A stretch of DNA of 64,000 nt from Camelus ferus. Lineage: Eukaryota. The notes beneath the pieces are model-generated. The model had not been told where the DNA came from. It made no database searches and saw nothing but the letters and a program-made list of their open reading frames with translations. The stretch is from positions 105,092,001-105,156,000 of the forward strand of contig NC_045697.1 of NCBI RefSeq assembly GCF_009834535.1. The letters run 5' to 3'. A program made the position numbers and the translations under genes. Below, in pieces: positions 12,802 through 26,690 of this stretch. Positions within the stretch are counted from its first letter, which is position 1, and each line of letters begins with the position of its first letter.

Positions 12802-15800
12802 AGAAGATACTTTCTATATCAAGACACAGCAAGTGTGTTCTCCTCCAGTACAGAGGGGCACCATCAAAGCTACTGTCTTTGCATTTTATGACCTCTGTCA
12901 AGGGAGGACACCTGGAGCCCCCCTTAGTTTTTTTGTACTGATTAATCCATTACTTGCCATCTGCCCTATCTTGCAATATACTCACTGCATCAAAACTAAT
13001 TTTTCCCTATCAATTTTTCAATAAGGAAATTCACCCCAGTTATTTTATTTTGTATCGAAGAGTATTTTTAGCTGACGAGACGGAAGCCCTTGAGCACTTT
13101 AACTGAAATAAAGACCAACATGCTAATATTAGCTGCATTCAACCTTTTAAAGATAATGTATGATCTTAAAATGGTTTTGATGTTTATTCAAAATGAAAAA
13201 TAGCTCCCTCTAGTTAGCCAGAATAAAGCTGGGACATATTTCTTGCCTCATTACTACTCTGTGATTCCAACGCAGTTATAAAAAGCTTAAACAGTTCATC
13301 CCATTTGCAGTTTCCTATTTGTTTTGCTTTAATTTCATACGATACTGGCAATTACCCAGCTTCATTAACTACTTAAGAAATTTCTCAAGTACACCACAAG
13401 AAACACCATGCAAGAAATAACCTATGGCACTGTTCTTGGAAGTAAAACTTGCAAGGGGAATCCTTCTCATTCAAGTTCACATGCTGGCCCTGAAAACACT
13501 GTAGGGTCAAACCCACATCGGGAATCTTGCTTCTGACCCTTGTACTGGAAAGAAGACTGATGAATCAATCCCAAATAGTGCCAATTACATAGAAGGCATT
13601 TTGCCAGACATTATGGAAAAATGTAAAAATATTCCTTGTTTTCTAGGAGTTTATAGGATATCTGGAGTAAAAACGTATACATAAAACACAAAACATAGCA
13701 AAGGACTGACACAGGAAGAACTGATAGAGGTAACTATTTGGGGGAAAAAAGTCACTCCTGACTTTGATGGTAAGAGAAGTGATCAGAGAGAAAGCATCCT
13801 ATGGGCTGAGCTTGAGGAAGGAAGGAAAATGTTAGGGGCCAAGGCCCAGCAGTGGGAAGTAGGGACGAAGGGAAGAGGAAGGTGAATTTGGCTGGCACAG
13901 AGTTTGTGCCGGGAAGCAGTGGGAAATAACGCTGAATATCGCATTTTAAAATTAATTCGTTCTTCAAGCACTTACTAATGCCAGACAGTGTCCGAGCTGC
14001 TGGCCACGTGAAGCTGTACCACACAGACCAGCTTCCTAACCTCCCTGAGCCTATGTTATGGGGTGAGGAGATCTGCTACCCAGAACATAAACGTGATCTG
14101 ATGGGAGGGACTGGGTGGAGGGTGGAGAGTCCTCTACATCTGGCCATCAGGCAAAATCTGTCTGAATAGGAGTATGCTGGGCTGAGACGAGAAGTTAAGC
14201 ACCATCCTGCTCCACAGAGTGAACAGCATGTGCGGAGGCCCAAGCCAAGGAGGAGCTCGGATCCTTCAAAGCACTGAAAGGTCATGGGCGGTGCTGACCA
14301 AGGCGTCAGCAAATCCGCTCAGAGAATTCCTTCCAACAGCACCTTACTATTTTCAAACTCTTTCATGGTCCTAGGTATGTTACCTGAGCCATATTCCCTG
14401 GGGATACAGCACGTGGGATTTCTACATGACGCTGCCTTCACTCTTCCCAAGATCCCACCCACCTGCCACCAGAGCGTGAGCCCCTGTTTTGGCCAGTGTT
14501 GAATTCCCAGTGCCTGGAACAGTGCCAGGTGCATTCAAGTTGCTCAAGAAGTATTTGTCCAATGAACGCATTGGGTGAACATCACTTTTTCCCTCCTCCC
14601 CAGAGTGGTCGAAAAAGAGAGGCAGGGTTTGGTGAAAAACAAGACAGATCAGGAAGTGAGTTAGAAAGTCTACCTGTGGTTCTAGTTTCAAATGAAGCCT
14701 GCTCTCTTCAGCCTTCTCACCCTGCTCAGGCGAGGGTGATCCCTGTCCCCACCAGGGACTCATCCCACCCCTCCGGAGGCTCCCTCATCAGCACCCCTGC
14801 CCCGTGTCCATCGCCAGCCCTAACCTGCCAGAGCAAGGGTCCAGTGCAGAAGTCATCTCCCGTGGCTCAGAAATACTAAGCAGCCCCCTGGGGAGGTGAG
14901 GGTGGGGTGCACCACACTGTCACGCCAACCACCTGGGCTCCCGTGGGGACACTGATCCCAGCCTGAACATCAGTGACACAGCTGGACCACACGGCGGCGT
15001 GAGCCAGCCCCATCAAAGGTGCAGAGGGACCTTAAGGAGGCTGTCCTGTTGCCTGGGAAGACCACCACATTTAGGACAGCCAGATCATGGCAGTACAAGG
15101 ACCCCCAGTGGGGACACAGTAGGGGTGGGCAACCCTCTACAAAAACACGGCTGGAAATGACGGATAACAGTCCTATATCTCCATAAGGCTCAGAACTACA
15201 AAGACAGTGAAAGGCCACCAAAAATTCCTTTTTCAAACTACAACTTGAAACAATATGCATACGCTTTTAAACATACTTTTAATTCTAAAATATTGGCTGA
15301 GACTTAAAAGAGGGTGTAACACTGAACCTTCATTGCAGAAGTTAAAAAAAAATTGAAGAAATTTCATTACAGACTTAAATGGGAGTTTTAATATGTGTAC
15401 TGAAATTGATAAGAAATGTGAATACTTGCAGTGGTCTGGAGCCATATAGGATAAGCTGTTTCAAGGTAAAATTGAATAATTAATCATTTAATACATGTTT
15501 GAAAAGTTTTGAGTTTATAATAAGAAAAGTTCTATTTTAATTTAGAGTATTAACTCCTGTCTTCACCTCAATGTTTAATAAAAAATCAGAAGGAATGTTT
15601 TCCTTAATTGTTCCCTACTTCTCACCTTTCCTCCAATTCCAATAAAGCCAGTACACAGCCAAAGGATAAGATCTTTGGGAACTTTCAGGTCCGTCTCACA
15701 GTTGAAAGCAAACACAAATGATAAGCTATTAAAGTTTTCTTCATCGTTTTAAACAGAGCAACGCCTCTGTTCACGACAAGGTGTACTACTTTATCATAAA

Positions 15801-15879
15801 CTCCACCCTGTAATGAGCAACGACAATTTAGAAACCCCTTCTACTTTGATTAATAGATGGTTTGGTTCATCTGCTCAAT

Positions 15880-16240
15880 AATTCATTCGTTCAGCCACCG
15901 TTTATGGAGGACCTGCTGTGTTCTGGACACAAGGCCACGTGCTGGAAGTTAAAAAATGATTAAGACAGAGTCTGTGACTGCCATGAGGAGGTGCCAGTCA
16001 AAGAAGAGAGGGATACAGACACCTAAGAAGAGCTGCCAGTGTGGGTGAGAGTGGGTCCAAGACAGGCAAGGGTGGGGGGGAGAGCAAGGGCAGTCTATCC
16101 TCAGCGGCATGTGTTACTCCCTTGCACAAAATGCCAGACTGTTTCCTTCACTTTGGTGAAGGATATGGAGGCAGGGGCACTGGCAGGGGACACAAGGGGA
16201 CATGTTCAGAAGACACGAACGTGCAGGGTGTTGGCTGGCA
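15880..16240 (-). mobile_element. L2 3' fragment
   Basis: ATTCATTCGTTCAGC...GGACCTGCTGTGTTCTGGACAC matches the reverse complement of the L2 3' end. Confidence 0.6.
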
Positions 16241-16269
16241 GAGGTGTCCTAACTCCTGTCTCACTGGGA

Positions 16270-17035
16270 TTGCAACAGCATTCAACACCAGTAGCCACGC
16301 TTTCCTTCTCGAAGCCCTCTTTTTCCTTGGGATCCGTGACAAAACATGTCTTTCCTGTCTTTCCTCCTTCAGCCACTGCCTCTGAGATGAGTTCAAAATT
16401 TCTCCCTCCAGCGGGACCTCTCTTTAGGCTTCTGATCTGTATAAAAAACTGCCAGTCTGCTATCTCCTCTTGGATAAGTTTCAAAGGCAGTTCAATCTTA
16501 GCATGTTTAAAACTGGCCTCACGCTCTTCCCTTTCAAACCCTGGCCTTCTGCTCTTGCTCCCTAACCTGGTGGGTGATGCCAATTCCTCCCTGGCTCTTC
16601 AGGCTGACACTGGAAGTCATTGTAGACATCTGCTTCCTCCTCCCCTCCAAGTTCTATCAGAATCCAACTGTCCCCAGTTCCTGTTGATTCTGCCTTTCAA
16701 CATCTCTGCATTTCTCTCCAGGTCCATCATTACACTGCCTTGTATTCAGTGCTGGTCCCTCAGCTTGGATCAGCTTGCCTCCTCCTGTGACACCAGCTTA
16801 ATCAATTCCAGAGAAGCCTCTGCTGTCGACCAATACCTCCCATCAACCACTCTCAAAGTACCCCTCCTTCCAATACTTATCGCAATGATAACATTAGGAC
16901 TTTTTTTTTTTTTTGATAATTTCTGTCTCTTCCATTAGACTGTAAGTTTCATGAGACACGGATATATATTTCGCTATTCTAAAGCCACTGCTTAGGAAAC
17001 TGATGGCTGTTAGTAAATATTTCCTGAATAGACGT
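16270..17035 (+). mobile_element. L2 fragment (reverse transcriptase remnant to 3' end)
   Basis: ORF 16041..16385 contains TAFNTSSHAFLLEALFFLGIRD, a decayed L2 RT motif (AFDTVDHSLLLETLSSLG); ends ATTAGACTGTAAGTTTCATGAG...AGTAAATATTTCCTGAAT. Confidence 0.75.
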
Positions 17036-17305
17036 AGGATAAAGCACACATATGCTTTCAAACGTCAGGTGCACCCATCCTCTGAAACTTACTAGTTTCC
17101 CTAAAAAACACAGGGTCTGTGACAGTTACCACAACAAGTCCACTTGTCGATGCGATTTGATCAAAAGGCTTTATGTCACTTCCAAGTGTTTCCTGGGAGT
17201 AGGTCCCCCCTCCCCCTTTGAAAAACACAGCTCTGCCCTGTACTTTCTGGTTGAGAGAGAACTTAAGAAGTCTAGGCTTTTTGAGGTCAAAAGTTTTAAG
17301 AACAG

Positions 17306-17320
17306 AGAACAAAATGTTCA
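17306..17320. promoter_or_regulatory. Candidate steroid hormone response element (GRE/MRE)
   Basis: AGAACA-AAA-TGTTCA, one mismatch from the AGAACAnnnTGTTCT palindrome; motif only, no functional evidence. Confidence 0.4.
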
Positions 17321-17959
17321 TTCTAATAATTATACAATATTATATTATTTCACTACTTATAACATTAGAAACCAATTTTCTGTTGTTTCCATTTTATGTC
17401 TATTCATATTTTCTAGAATGGACAAATGCATAGAGTCTAAGTGACCTTTTCTTTTTTCTTTCTTTGGTTTCTTATTTCTTGTTTCTTTCCAAAACCCTTC
17501 AATGACAGTAAGTTCCCCAGGCTTCAAATACAAGGTGCTTTCCCCTAAGTTTCATTCACTGAAAAAGATTCTCACAATTAGAAATGAATAGATGGCACCA
17601 AAAACACAGAAAACAACAACAAAAAATAGATGAACTGGACTTCATTAAAATTAAAAACTATAATTTTAAAAGTACATCAAAGGACACTGTCAAGAGAATG
17701 AAAAGACAACCCACAGAATGGGAGAAACATACCAATCGTATATCTGATAAGGGTTTAATATCCAGAATATATAAAGAACTCCTACAACTCGAGAACAAAA
17801 AGACAAACAACCTGATTAAAAATGGGCAAAGGACTTGAATGGACATTTCTCCAAAGAAGATGTACAAATGGCCCACAAGTCTATGAAAAGATGCTCAATA
17901 TCATTAGTCATTAGGGAAGTGTAAATCAAAACCACACCGACAGTACGTCACACTTAGTA

Positions 17960-18352
17960 AGAGGTAAGTCAGACGGAGGAAGACCAGTACTGTATGATAT
18001 CACTTACATATGGAGCCTAAAATAGGCAAACTTGGAAAAACAGAGTAGAATGGTGGTTGCCAGGGACTGGGGGGTGGGGAAGAGCAGGGATGTTGCTTAA
18101 GTGGACAGATAAGTCCTGGAGATCTAATGCACAGTACAGTGAATACAGACAATAATGCTGTGTTGTATTCAACAAACCTGCCAAGAGACTAGATCTTGAT
18201 TATTCCCATCACAAAAAAAGAAATGATTATGTGACAGAGATGCTAACTACTGCTAAAATGGCAATCATATTACAATATATAAATGTATCAAATAACATTT
18301 TTTTACCTTAAATTCACACAATGTTATATGACAAATATATTTCAATAAAAAC
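17960..18352 (+). mobile_element. Nested L1 3'UTR (L1MA-like)
   Basis: GTAAGTCAGACGGAGA...GGAGATCTAATGCACAG...CAATCATATTACAATATATAAATGTATCAA...TTCAATAAAA inside the older L1. Confidence 0.8.
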
Positions 18353-18719
18353 AAACCAAAAACCCCTAACATACTTCACGCCTACTAGTATAGCTATTAA
18401 AAAAAAAAACAAACCACAAACCAAACCAAACCAATAAACAGAAAATAAGTGTTAGCGAGGATGCGGTGCAATTGGAACTGTTACTCTTGCTGGTGGGAAT
18501 GCAAAATTGTGCAACTTCTGTGGAAAACAGTTCAATGGTTCCTCAAAAGCTACACTCAGAATTACTACATGCCCCAGGAATTCCACTCCTAGGTATATAC
18601 CTAAAGGCAATGATAGCAAGGACTGAAACAGATATTTATATGCAAATGTTTATAGCAGCATTACCATGATAGCCAAGGGCAGGCACAACCCAAGTGTCCG
18701 GGAATGTGTAAGCCAAATG

Positions 18720-19336
18720 GGGTCAACTCTCTTTATTTGGTAAAAATAAACACAGTAGTTGTATTCTATAAAGATGTAGCAGACACTGAATTAGCTACTA
18801 CTGAGCTGCTCTTCCAAGGGGACATGCAGGGTGAGGTTCCTGAGGGCGACCGATCACGACATTTTCATCAACTGATTTATACATAATCTTATTTTGTGTG
18901 TGCTTCTGTTTAAAGACACCTCATTAACATACATTGTTGATTCATTAACACTGAACTCACAGCCAATGGCACTGTCACTCTTGTCTGAAAGAAGCTTACC
19001 TAACACCTGTATTTTATCCCTAAGGCATATCAAAGCCTTTTTACACTGAGGAACACTAGACAGCACTGTGGCACTCTCCTTGCGGGTCATTTTAAACAGT
19101 GAAATCACCAGCAAAAAGCACAACAATGCAAGAAACATGGCACTAAACAGACCATGAAAAGGACACGTGTTTACAGTATGAGCGCTGAAATGAGAAGATG
19201 GAGTCTCAGCTGAAATGGACATGCCGGTGCTTGAAATGTATTGCCTCTGTGCTGCGAGTACTGACTCTGGGGTTACAAATAAATGTAGCCAGAAGGCCAG
19301 TTCACACATACAGCATCTGCGAACAAGGCCAAGTCT
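18720..19336 (-). mobile_element. TcMar-Tigger non-autonomous element (MER82-like) with transposase HTH remnant
   Basis: ORF 18854..19348 contains KKALICLRDKIQVLGKLLSDKSDSAIGCEFSVNESTM, a CENP-B/psq-type HTH of Tigger transposases; splits the L1. Confidence 0.8.
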
Positions 19337-21013
19337 ATACGCGTACAATGGAATATTACTCAGTCATGAAATGAAATTCTAATCCATGCTACAATAAGTA
19401 TGAACCTTGGGAACATGATGGTAAGTGAAATAAGCCAGACACAGAGGACACATGTTCTATAATTCCAATTATGTGAAATAGGCAAATTCATAGACTAGAG
19501 GTAATCAGGGGTTTGGGGAAAAGGAGGATGCCAAGTTACTGCTTAACTGGTCCAGAGATTCTGACTGGGATGATGAAAAAAGTACTGGAGATGGACAGTG
19601 AGGACGGTGGCACAACAATTTTAATGCAATTAGTGCTACTGAATTGTGCACTAAAAAAATGGTTAAAATGGAAAATCTTGTATTATATGTATTTTATGGC
19701 AAAGAATGGATATTCACTGAAAAAGATTAAATGGATCATTTTAATCTCATAAAATCTAAAGGAGACACACTGGATGACATTAATACAGATTCTTATTTAC
19801 CCACACTTCCTCTTAAAACAAAGACCTTCCCTAACATGCTTTCCTTTTGGTTTACAGACCACATTTAAAAAACAGGCTTACTATTTAATAATATCAACTG
19901 ATTACTAAGGGAAACAAGTAAATTAAAATGTGCATGTCAGTTGTTTGGCCTCACTTCAGGCTTTGGGTGAAAATTTATGCAGAAGTAGAATTATTCGTTC
20001 TGACTAATTGCCAAAAGAGGGGTTGCCCCAAGAACCAACGACTGATGTTCCTGATTTATCTTGGGGGAAAGCTGCCATTGCGGCCCACCATATCTGGGCA
20101 AAGCCATACTCTCGGGGAAACTGCCACTGGGACAATTTAGATAGCTTGGCACTCTGTGTCCACGTTTAATCTTTCACATCATTTCTCTTTCTTTTATCAC
20201 CAATCTATTTCTCATCTGTTTCCTTCCCTACTGAAAACCCCAATTTTCGTATCTCTAGAGAGAGCCATCTGTTAGGCTATGGCTGTGGTTGCTCTCGCAA
20301 TTCAAACGTCCTTTTTATTTTAAATATTTCTTGACCCAACAATTACAAAGAAGCACGGCTGGGTATACACATAAATGAAATGTACTCATATAGTATGCAA
20401 ACAATATCAAAATGTAAACTTGACACGGGAAGGAATTCACAGCCAAAGAAAACTCTATTACAATTCTTTCAATCTTTTTAAAAATGCATCATAAAACTAG
20501 AAATGTTTCACTACAGAATAACATTTTGGCTTCTTTTATGATTGCAGAGAAGGGTAATTATGATTGTCACGAAAACACACCGAGCAGCTGTATACTGTTA
20601 ACAAAAGGACCATTACATGAATGTGTGCAAAAAAACTGGCATTTTATACATTCACATTTCCTAGAAATTAGACAGTCTTCCCAACTGGAGTAGATACCAA
20701 AAGAGACTATTTTCTATTAAGTGTGGCTTTGTACCCATCAGGTTTTTGGAGCCAACTGGACCATCTTTCTTTTTGGGACAATTCCCTCACACTATTATGT
20801 GAGATCTGTATCCACTGATTTATACACACTCTGACATACACATTATACATTTTGTAAAAAGCGATTTTTAAGTTCCCCAAAGGTAGACTTTTAGCTCTTA
20901 CAAGTGTTTATAGCCGTGGATTCTTTCACAAATGTACATCTGTTTAGAAACCATGAAAAAGCCTAACGAACAATCTGCAGTTTATTTTATGAAGGCTAAT
21001 TAATAGATACTTA

Positions 21014-21175
<162 letters not shown>

Positions 21176-21319
21176 TTAATCACAGAAATACAGTTAGAGT
21201 TTAAGTACATTCCAGGAAGAAGCTTCTTAAGTCAACCCCAAGCAGCCCCCTTACTCTCGACTCAAATCAATTCCATAGCTGTTTACAGAGCACCTATCAT
21301 GGGCCTGGCCCCCTTAAAT

Positions 21320-21403
21320 GTTTTATTTTATTTTCATTAAAAAATTTTTTTGAACTTTATTTTTTATTTAAGTGTAGTTGCTTTACAATGTTATCAACGT
21401 TTC
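21320..21403 (-). mobile_element. Very short L1 3' tail in intron 5
   Basis: T-rich tail followed by TTTAAGTGTAGTTGCTTTACAATGTT, the reverse complement of the L1 terminus seen at 33690-33720 and 61135-61165. Confidence 0.65.
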
Positions 21404-22414
21404 ATTTTAAATTCACCCTAAATTCTCGATGGGGGGTGAATGGCCAGGGCCAAGAAAACTGAGATGTTCTGGGAGTTTCAAGGTGGATGGTGGACAGTGG
21501 TCCCCAACCCTCAGTTAGACTGAAAGAATCTACATTAATGCATACAACTTGCTTCATCTGACTCAAAACTGGTAACTTTACAATAAAGGATAACTTAATG
21601 ACCGTCAGTTCCTGTATATCTGCAATAGTAGTGGAAAATTTGTCATTCTCATGAGTTTGCACTGATTGAAAAAGTATTATTCCTCACTTCTCCTAGTCTG
21701 GGATGACACCAGACTTTAACAGACTTTTGAAGCGGATAAGCATGCTTGGTACCTGTCCTCCCCTCACCCCCAGTCTTCCTTTCTGGGCCTCAAGCCTTTC
21801 TTTTGCTCCTTTTCTCTTCCTCTGTTTGTTTAGTTTCACAGGGCAAGCGCCTCTTCAAAGACTCGGTCATCAGAGCTTTCCCCAGTCTTTTCTTGCAAGA
21901 CTGCTGGTTGACCTCAGGTCCTCTAGGAAACTGCTCCAGATTAATGAACTGGGACTATGTGATCGCAATTCTAAGCCATGTTTCTATAGATACTTAGGGG
22001 CCTGATGAATATAATCCCAAGGCATAAAAAAATGACAAAAGTAGGAATTTCAAGGACAATTTAAAGGGTGCTAGAGGTAAGATGACATTTTTAGAAAGAA
22101 CAATCTTTCAGAGTTCAAGTAAGTTCACACAGCTTACTTGAGAGGTCCTGATTTACTTGGTCTAAGCTTAGGTTAGATGAGCCCTGGTTAAGAGCTGCGG
22201 ACAATGGGCTCACTTTGTGCTTTTACAAACAGAACGTGTTTTACCTTATTACTAAGACTGGGGTGAAATTTTCCATGGGAAAATTGAAATTCTCCATTGC
22301 AGTCCTCAACTTAAGAAATGCGTATGTTGTATTAACAATCGAACTTATAAATTCTTGCGAGAAATGAGCCCATCAATCAGATTTTTTTCTCCATGCTTGA
22401 TTAATTTGACATTA

Positions 22415-22912
<498 letters not shown>

Positions 22913-23029
22913 TCAGGGCAAATTAGGACTATGCTCAGGATACCTTACAAGAGGGCTATTGCCATCAAATACTGACTTCTATTGATTAAAGCATACATTT
23001 CCTCTAAAGATGTTGTGTTACACTAATAG

Positions 23030-23215
23030 GAACAGGACCTTTTTCAAGATTTTTCTGATACCAGGCACTGTCCCAAATGCTTGAAATTGACCGCTGAACA
23101 ATTTTATGACTGGGTACTATTATGGTTTTCATTTTATAATGAGGAAACAGATCAGAAGAGTCAGAAAAATCTGTGCAGGATCACACAGCTAGTATATGTA
23201 AAACAGAGGTAAGAG
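23030..23215 (-). mobile_element. MIR
   Basis: CCAGGCACTGTCCCAAATGCTT...CATTTTATAATGAGGAAACAGA...GGATCACACAGCTAGTA. Confidence 0.75.
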
Positions 23216-23896
23216 CTCAGAGGGAGGGTAAATTAATTCATATGCTAATAAGTTACGAATGCCTCAACTAAATCTTATATAAGCAAGTAATTCCCACCTA
23301 TTATCCACCAGAGAGCTGGGAACAAGCGCTAGACTGGCCTGACCGTGGGCTCTGCTCCCTTTAATTAGCCTCCCCTGGCCCTTTACTTGCTCCTCTTCGG
23401 TGCTTCTCTACCACGTACTCGTCCTGCTGTAGCCCGCAGGCAACCACCTGCTTACACGGAGTAGTTACTTTGTGCAGATGCCACTAGCACGAAATCCCCA
23501 GCTGTACTTGACCTGCTGAGACATACAGATTGGGTGTTCCTCCTCTTTTACAGCCCCCATGGCACCTTGGTAAATGCTACGCCTGCACCCAGTGATTTTT
23601 AGATTCCTTCCCACGGAATGAATAGGGGCACAATCAACCCCAAAGCAAGGCAAGCAAAGGTTAAAGAAATGAAATATCTGGATGATTCCAAACTGGAGAG
23701 CTAACCAGTAAGTATACTGGAATTAATGCTATTAAAAATTCAGATGTGAGCTATACCAATACACAAACATAATCCTTAAAAGTCTCTCCTATTCTGTATT
23801 TTAATATAAACAATTCACATATCATATAGCCTAGAGCTCGAAGATATCTTAATACTGCACAGGAATACCCTGTTAGATTTTTAGGAGAGTGTATGA

Positions 23897-24024
23897 ACAA
23901 GTGACCATGTTCTCATTTACCCACAACGGTCCTGGATTATGCCTGTTTTCTCAGCACGATCATCAATAAGCACCCTGCTACTCCTAGAAGTGCCGCATTT
24001 TGGACAATAAATGTGTTCATCTTA
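23897..24024. mobile_element. hAT-Blackjack MITE (MER94-like)
   Basis: GTGACCATG...GTCCTGGATTATGCCTGTT...TTTGGACAATAAATGTGTTCATCTTA; about 130 bp resembling the MER94 consensus as I recall it. Confidence 0.6.
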
Positions 24025-24930
24025 ATTAAAACCAAAGAATCAGTATTAACTTTAATAGCAACCACTTTCCTTTCACATTTCTCTTAAGGATTCTTACAAT
24101 AGATATGGGAACAGAAGGACTGGGGTGGGGTGGAAAAGAGGATTGGAAGGTAGATGGGAGGGTTAGGGGGTGGATGGCAGGTAGGTGGAGTTGACGGATA
24201 GGTGGATAGATGCTGGGGAAGGCGGGCGAGTGAATGAATGAATAGATAAAGACAAACGAAAGCTCGGAAGTGCCAAACTGAGCTTAGAGCTGTGGTAAGA
24301 ACTTACTTTGCAATTGTAAGGTTTTCCATCCTATTGAAGAATTTATTTTAAGATTATTGAAGAACCAGACACTTTCTACTTAATTCTAACATGTGTGAGG
24401 AACACACAGGATACAAAACATAACGTAGGCCTACGTCACAGCAGTTAACGTCATTTTGAAAGTAACTATCCATGCTTATAATTATGGCCGCACATGACTT
24501 CATTACAGAAACACTTACTGATTCAGACGAAGGACAAGTCACTACCCAGCAACAGACAGACCTGCCGAACATTCTGGGCTTGAGAGATGAACAAGATATA
24601 ATTCCGATCTTTAAGGAGTTTGAAATTAGCAAAATAACGGAAAAATTTCAATTATTTCAAACCATTTCATTTCTCATAGACTGTCTCCTTCAATAAAAGA
24701 GTTGAGGCAGAAAAATGGGATGCTGAGAACTGTCTGAATGAAAAGCAGATGTCTCATATTCATGTCTGTTAACAGGGAGCAGCTGACCAAGTACTGCCCC
24801 TCGTCCATCACTGCCTCGGTGGCAGCACCGAGCACACAGCAGGTAACCAAGATGCTTGTGATGAATGAATGAATGAACAAAGCAAAGAAAAAAGAATCAG
24901 GGAAGTGCCTCAAAAACTAGGCAAAACAGC

Positions 24931-25037
24931 GGGGAGGGTATAGCTCAGAGGTGGAGCACATGCTTAGCACCCATGACATCCTGGGTTTAATCCCAAGTAC
25001 CTCCATTAAAGATAAAACAACAACAACAACAAAAAAC
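24931..25037 (+). mobile_element. tRNA-derived SINE (camelid vic-1 type)
   Basis: GGGGAGGGTATAGCTCAG (A box)...GGGTTTAATCCC (B box)...AGTACCTCC, (CAA)n tail; TSD AAACTAGGCAAAACAG / AAACTAGGGCAAACAG. Confidence 0.85.
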
Positions 25038-26249
25038 AAACTAGGGCAAACAGAGGAGGAGAAAGGAACCAAACATGCAGATAATCCAAAATGCTGGTCT
25101 ATGGGTGACTGTAATCCTCAATAGCACAGATTAGCCATTTGGGGTATCAGGTACTCGGAACTAACAGCCTCTCCGTCACATAGATTCTTCTCTAAGTCTC
25201 AGCTGATTCACCTGAAAAATGAGAATAATGATGCTTCCCCCTCTTACCTCACAAAGGGCTAAATGGATAAAAAGATCAAAAACAATGTGGAAAATTATTA
25301 CTAACATCTGAAATAATACTTCAGTGTTACCACTACTCTTTCCCATACTTTTGCAAATAATTAAAACTCTTCCAATCCATTAAAATGTCCTTATCCTTTG
25401 TAAGACTATCATCTGATGATAACCTTCATTTGATTGACGAGAAATAGCCAAAGGGTGATATTCTCAAATTTTATTAAAAGTGAGATTTGCTTGCAAATTA
25501 ATTACAAAATTCACACTTGGTTTAGGCCTTAGGTCTATAATGCTGTGTTTATTCTTACGGCTGATTTAAGGTCAATGCTATGAAATATTATGAATGAGGA
25601 ATACTTAAGTATTTTCTCCAGTATTTATATAGACAAGGCTGTGGCCTGGAGCAGAACCTATGAGCAGAGTATCAAGATTATGGTTAGCATTTCAGTTACA
25701 TTTAACTTCACGCTGTGATTTTATGAATACATGTGGAACACCTGGAATTGAGGAATTATCTACACTTACTTAAACAGTTCAAGAAAATAAATATTTTCAG
25801 TGTGCAGATTCTTCAGCCAAATGTATTCATCCAGTATCTTTTTCTACAAGCATGAGGGTACAGTTACATAATAATTATATTGCTCAAAGCAGCCCTTCTA
25901 AAATGCTTAAGAATTTTATACTTTTCTTCTAACACATGCTGTATTCTAAAATTAAAGCTCCTGAAAGTTGCTAATGTCTTATGTATTCCTATGACATCAC
26001 TTTCCATGATGTTTATGGATACTCCATAAATGGCTGTTGACTACATTTATTTCATTTTTCAAGTTTTAATACATTGTAACAAACTATTGCCTATATAAAA
26101 GTATTAATTTACTTCCATGCAGGAAATATAGATAAGTTTCTGAGCTATTTAAGATAAAATTTCTGAATTGTTAATTATTATTCCTTTTCAAAATGTCTAC
26201 TGTGTAATGATCCATTTGCAGAGTTATTACTCTTAAAAGGCCACAACTA

Positions 26250-26690
26250 AGATGACAGTAGGATAAATTTATTGAGCACTTATGCACCAAGCACAGTTCA
26301 AAACACTTTTTAGATGTCCTAAGCATTCCAGTGCTCACCACAACGCTATGATTAGGTAATCTTATTTCCACTTTCCAGGTGGAGAAACTAAAGCAGATAG
26401 AGAGAGAGAGGAAGGAAATACTCCTCCAGGGTATAGAGCTGATAAACACCAGGGCTAGGTTTTGCATCCAGTCATGGCTCAGAGCCCTCACTCCTTTTTT
26501 TTTTTTTTAAGGATTGTCAGTTTACAGTGCCGCGTCAATTCCTGGTGTACAGCATAACGTTTCAGTCATACATATGCGTACATGTATTCCTTTTCATATT
26601 CTTTTTCATGATAGGTTACTACAAGATACTGAATATAGTTCCCTGTAGAGCCCACACTCTTAACCTCTATGCTATGCAGTCTCTCTCCTA
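26250..26690 (-). mobile_element. MIR interrupted by an L1 tail
   Basis: ATTTATTGAGCACTTATGCACCAAGCAC...GGTGGAGAAACTAAAGC...AGAGCCCACACTCTTAACCTCTATGC. Confidence 0.75.
26494..26646 (-). mobile_element. Young L1 3' end
   Basis: Poly(T) followed by the reverse complement of the L1 3'UTR; 13-bp TSD AGAGCCC[T/A]CACTC (26481-26493 and 26647-26659). Confidence 0.9.

Larger units (their letters stand above)
17590..19720 (+). mobile_element. L1MB-like element (ORF2 3' part plus 3'UTR) interrupted by two nested insertions
   Basis: ORF 17584..17838 (KIDELDFIKIKN...RMKRQPTEWEK) is L1 ORF2; the element resumes at about 18355 and again at about 19337. Confidence 0.88.

Noticed and set aside
16039..16938. 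Longest ORF in the track (299 aa, + strand)
   Set aside because: GTG start, Leu/Ser/Pro-rich with no recognisable domain, and lies across two L2 fragments; the RT-like motif is in a different frame.
24931..25004. tRNA gene
   Set aside because: A and B boxes are present, but it has an A-rich tail, a TSD and several diverged copies, so it is a SINE.
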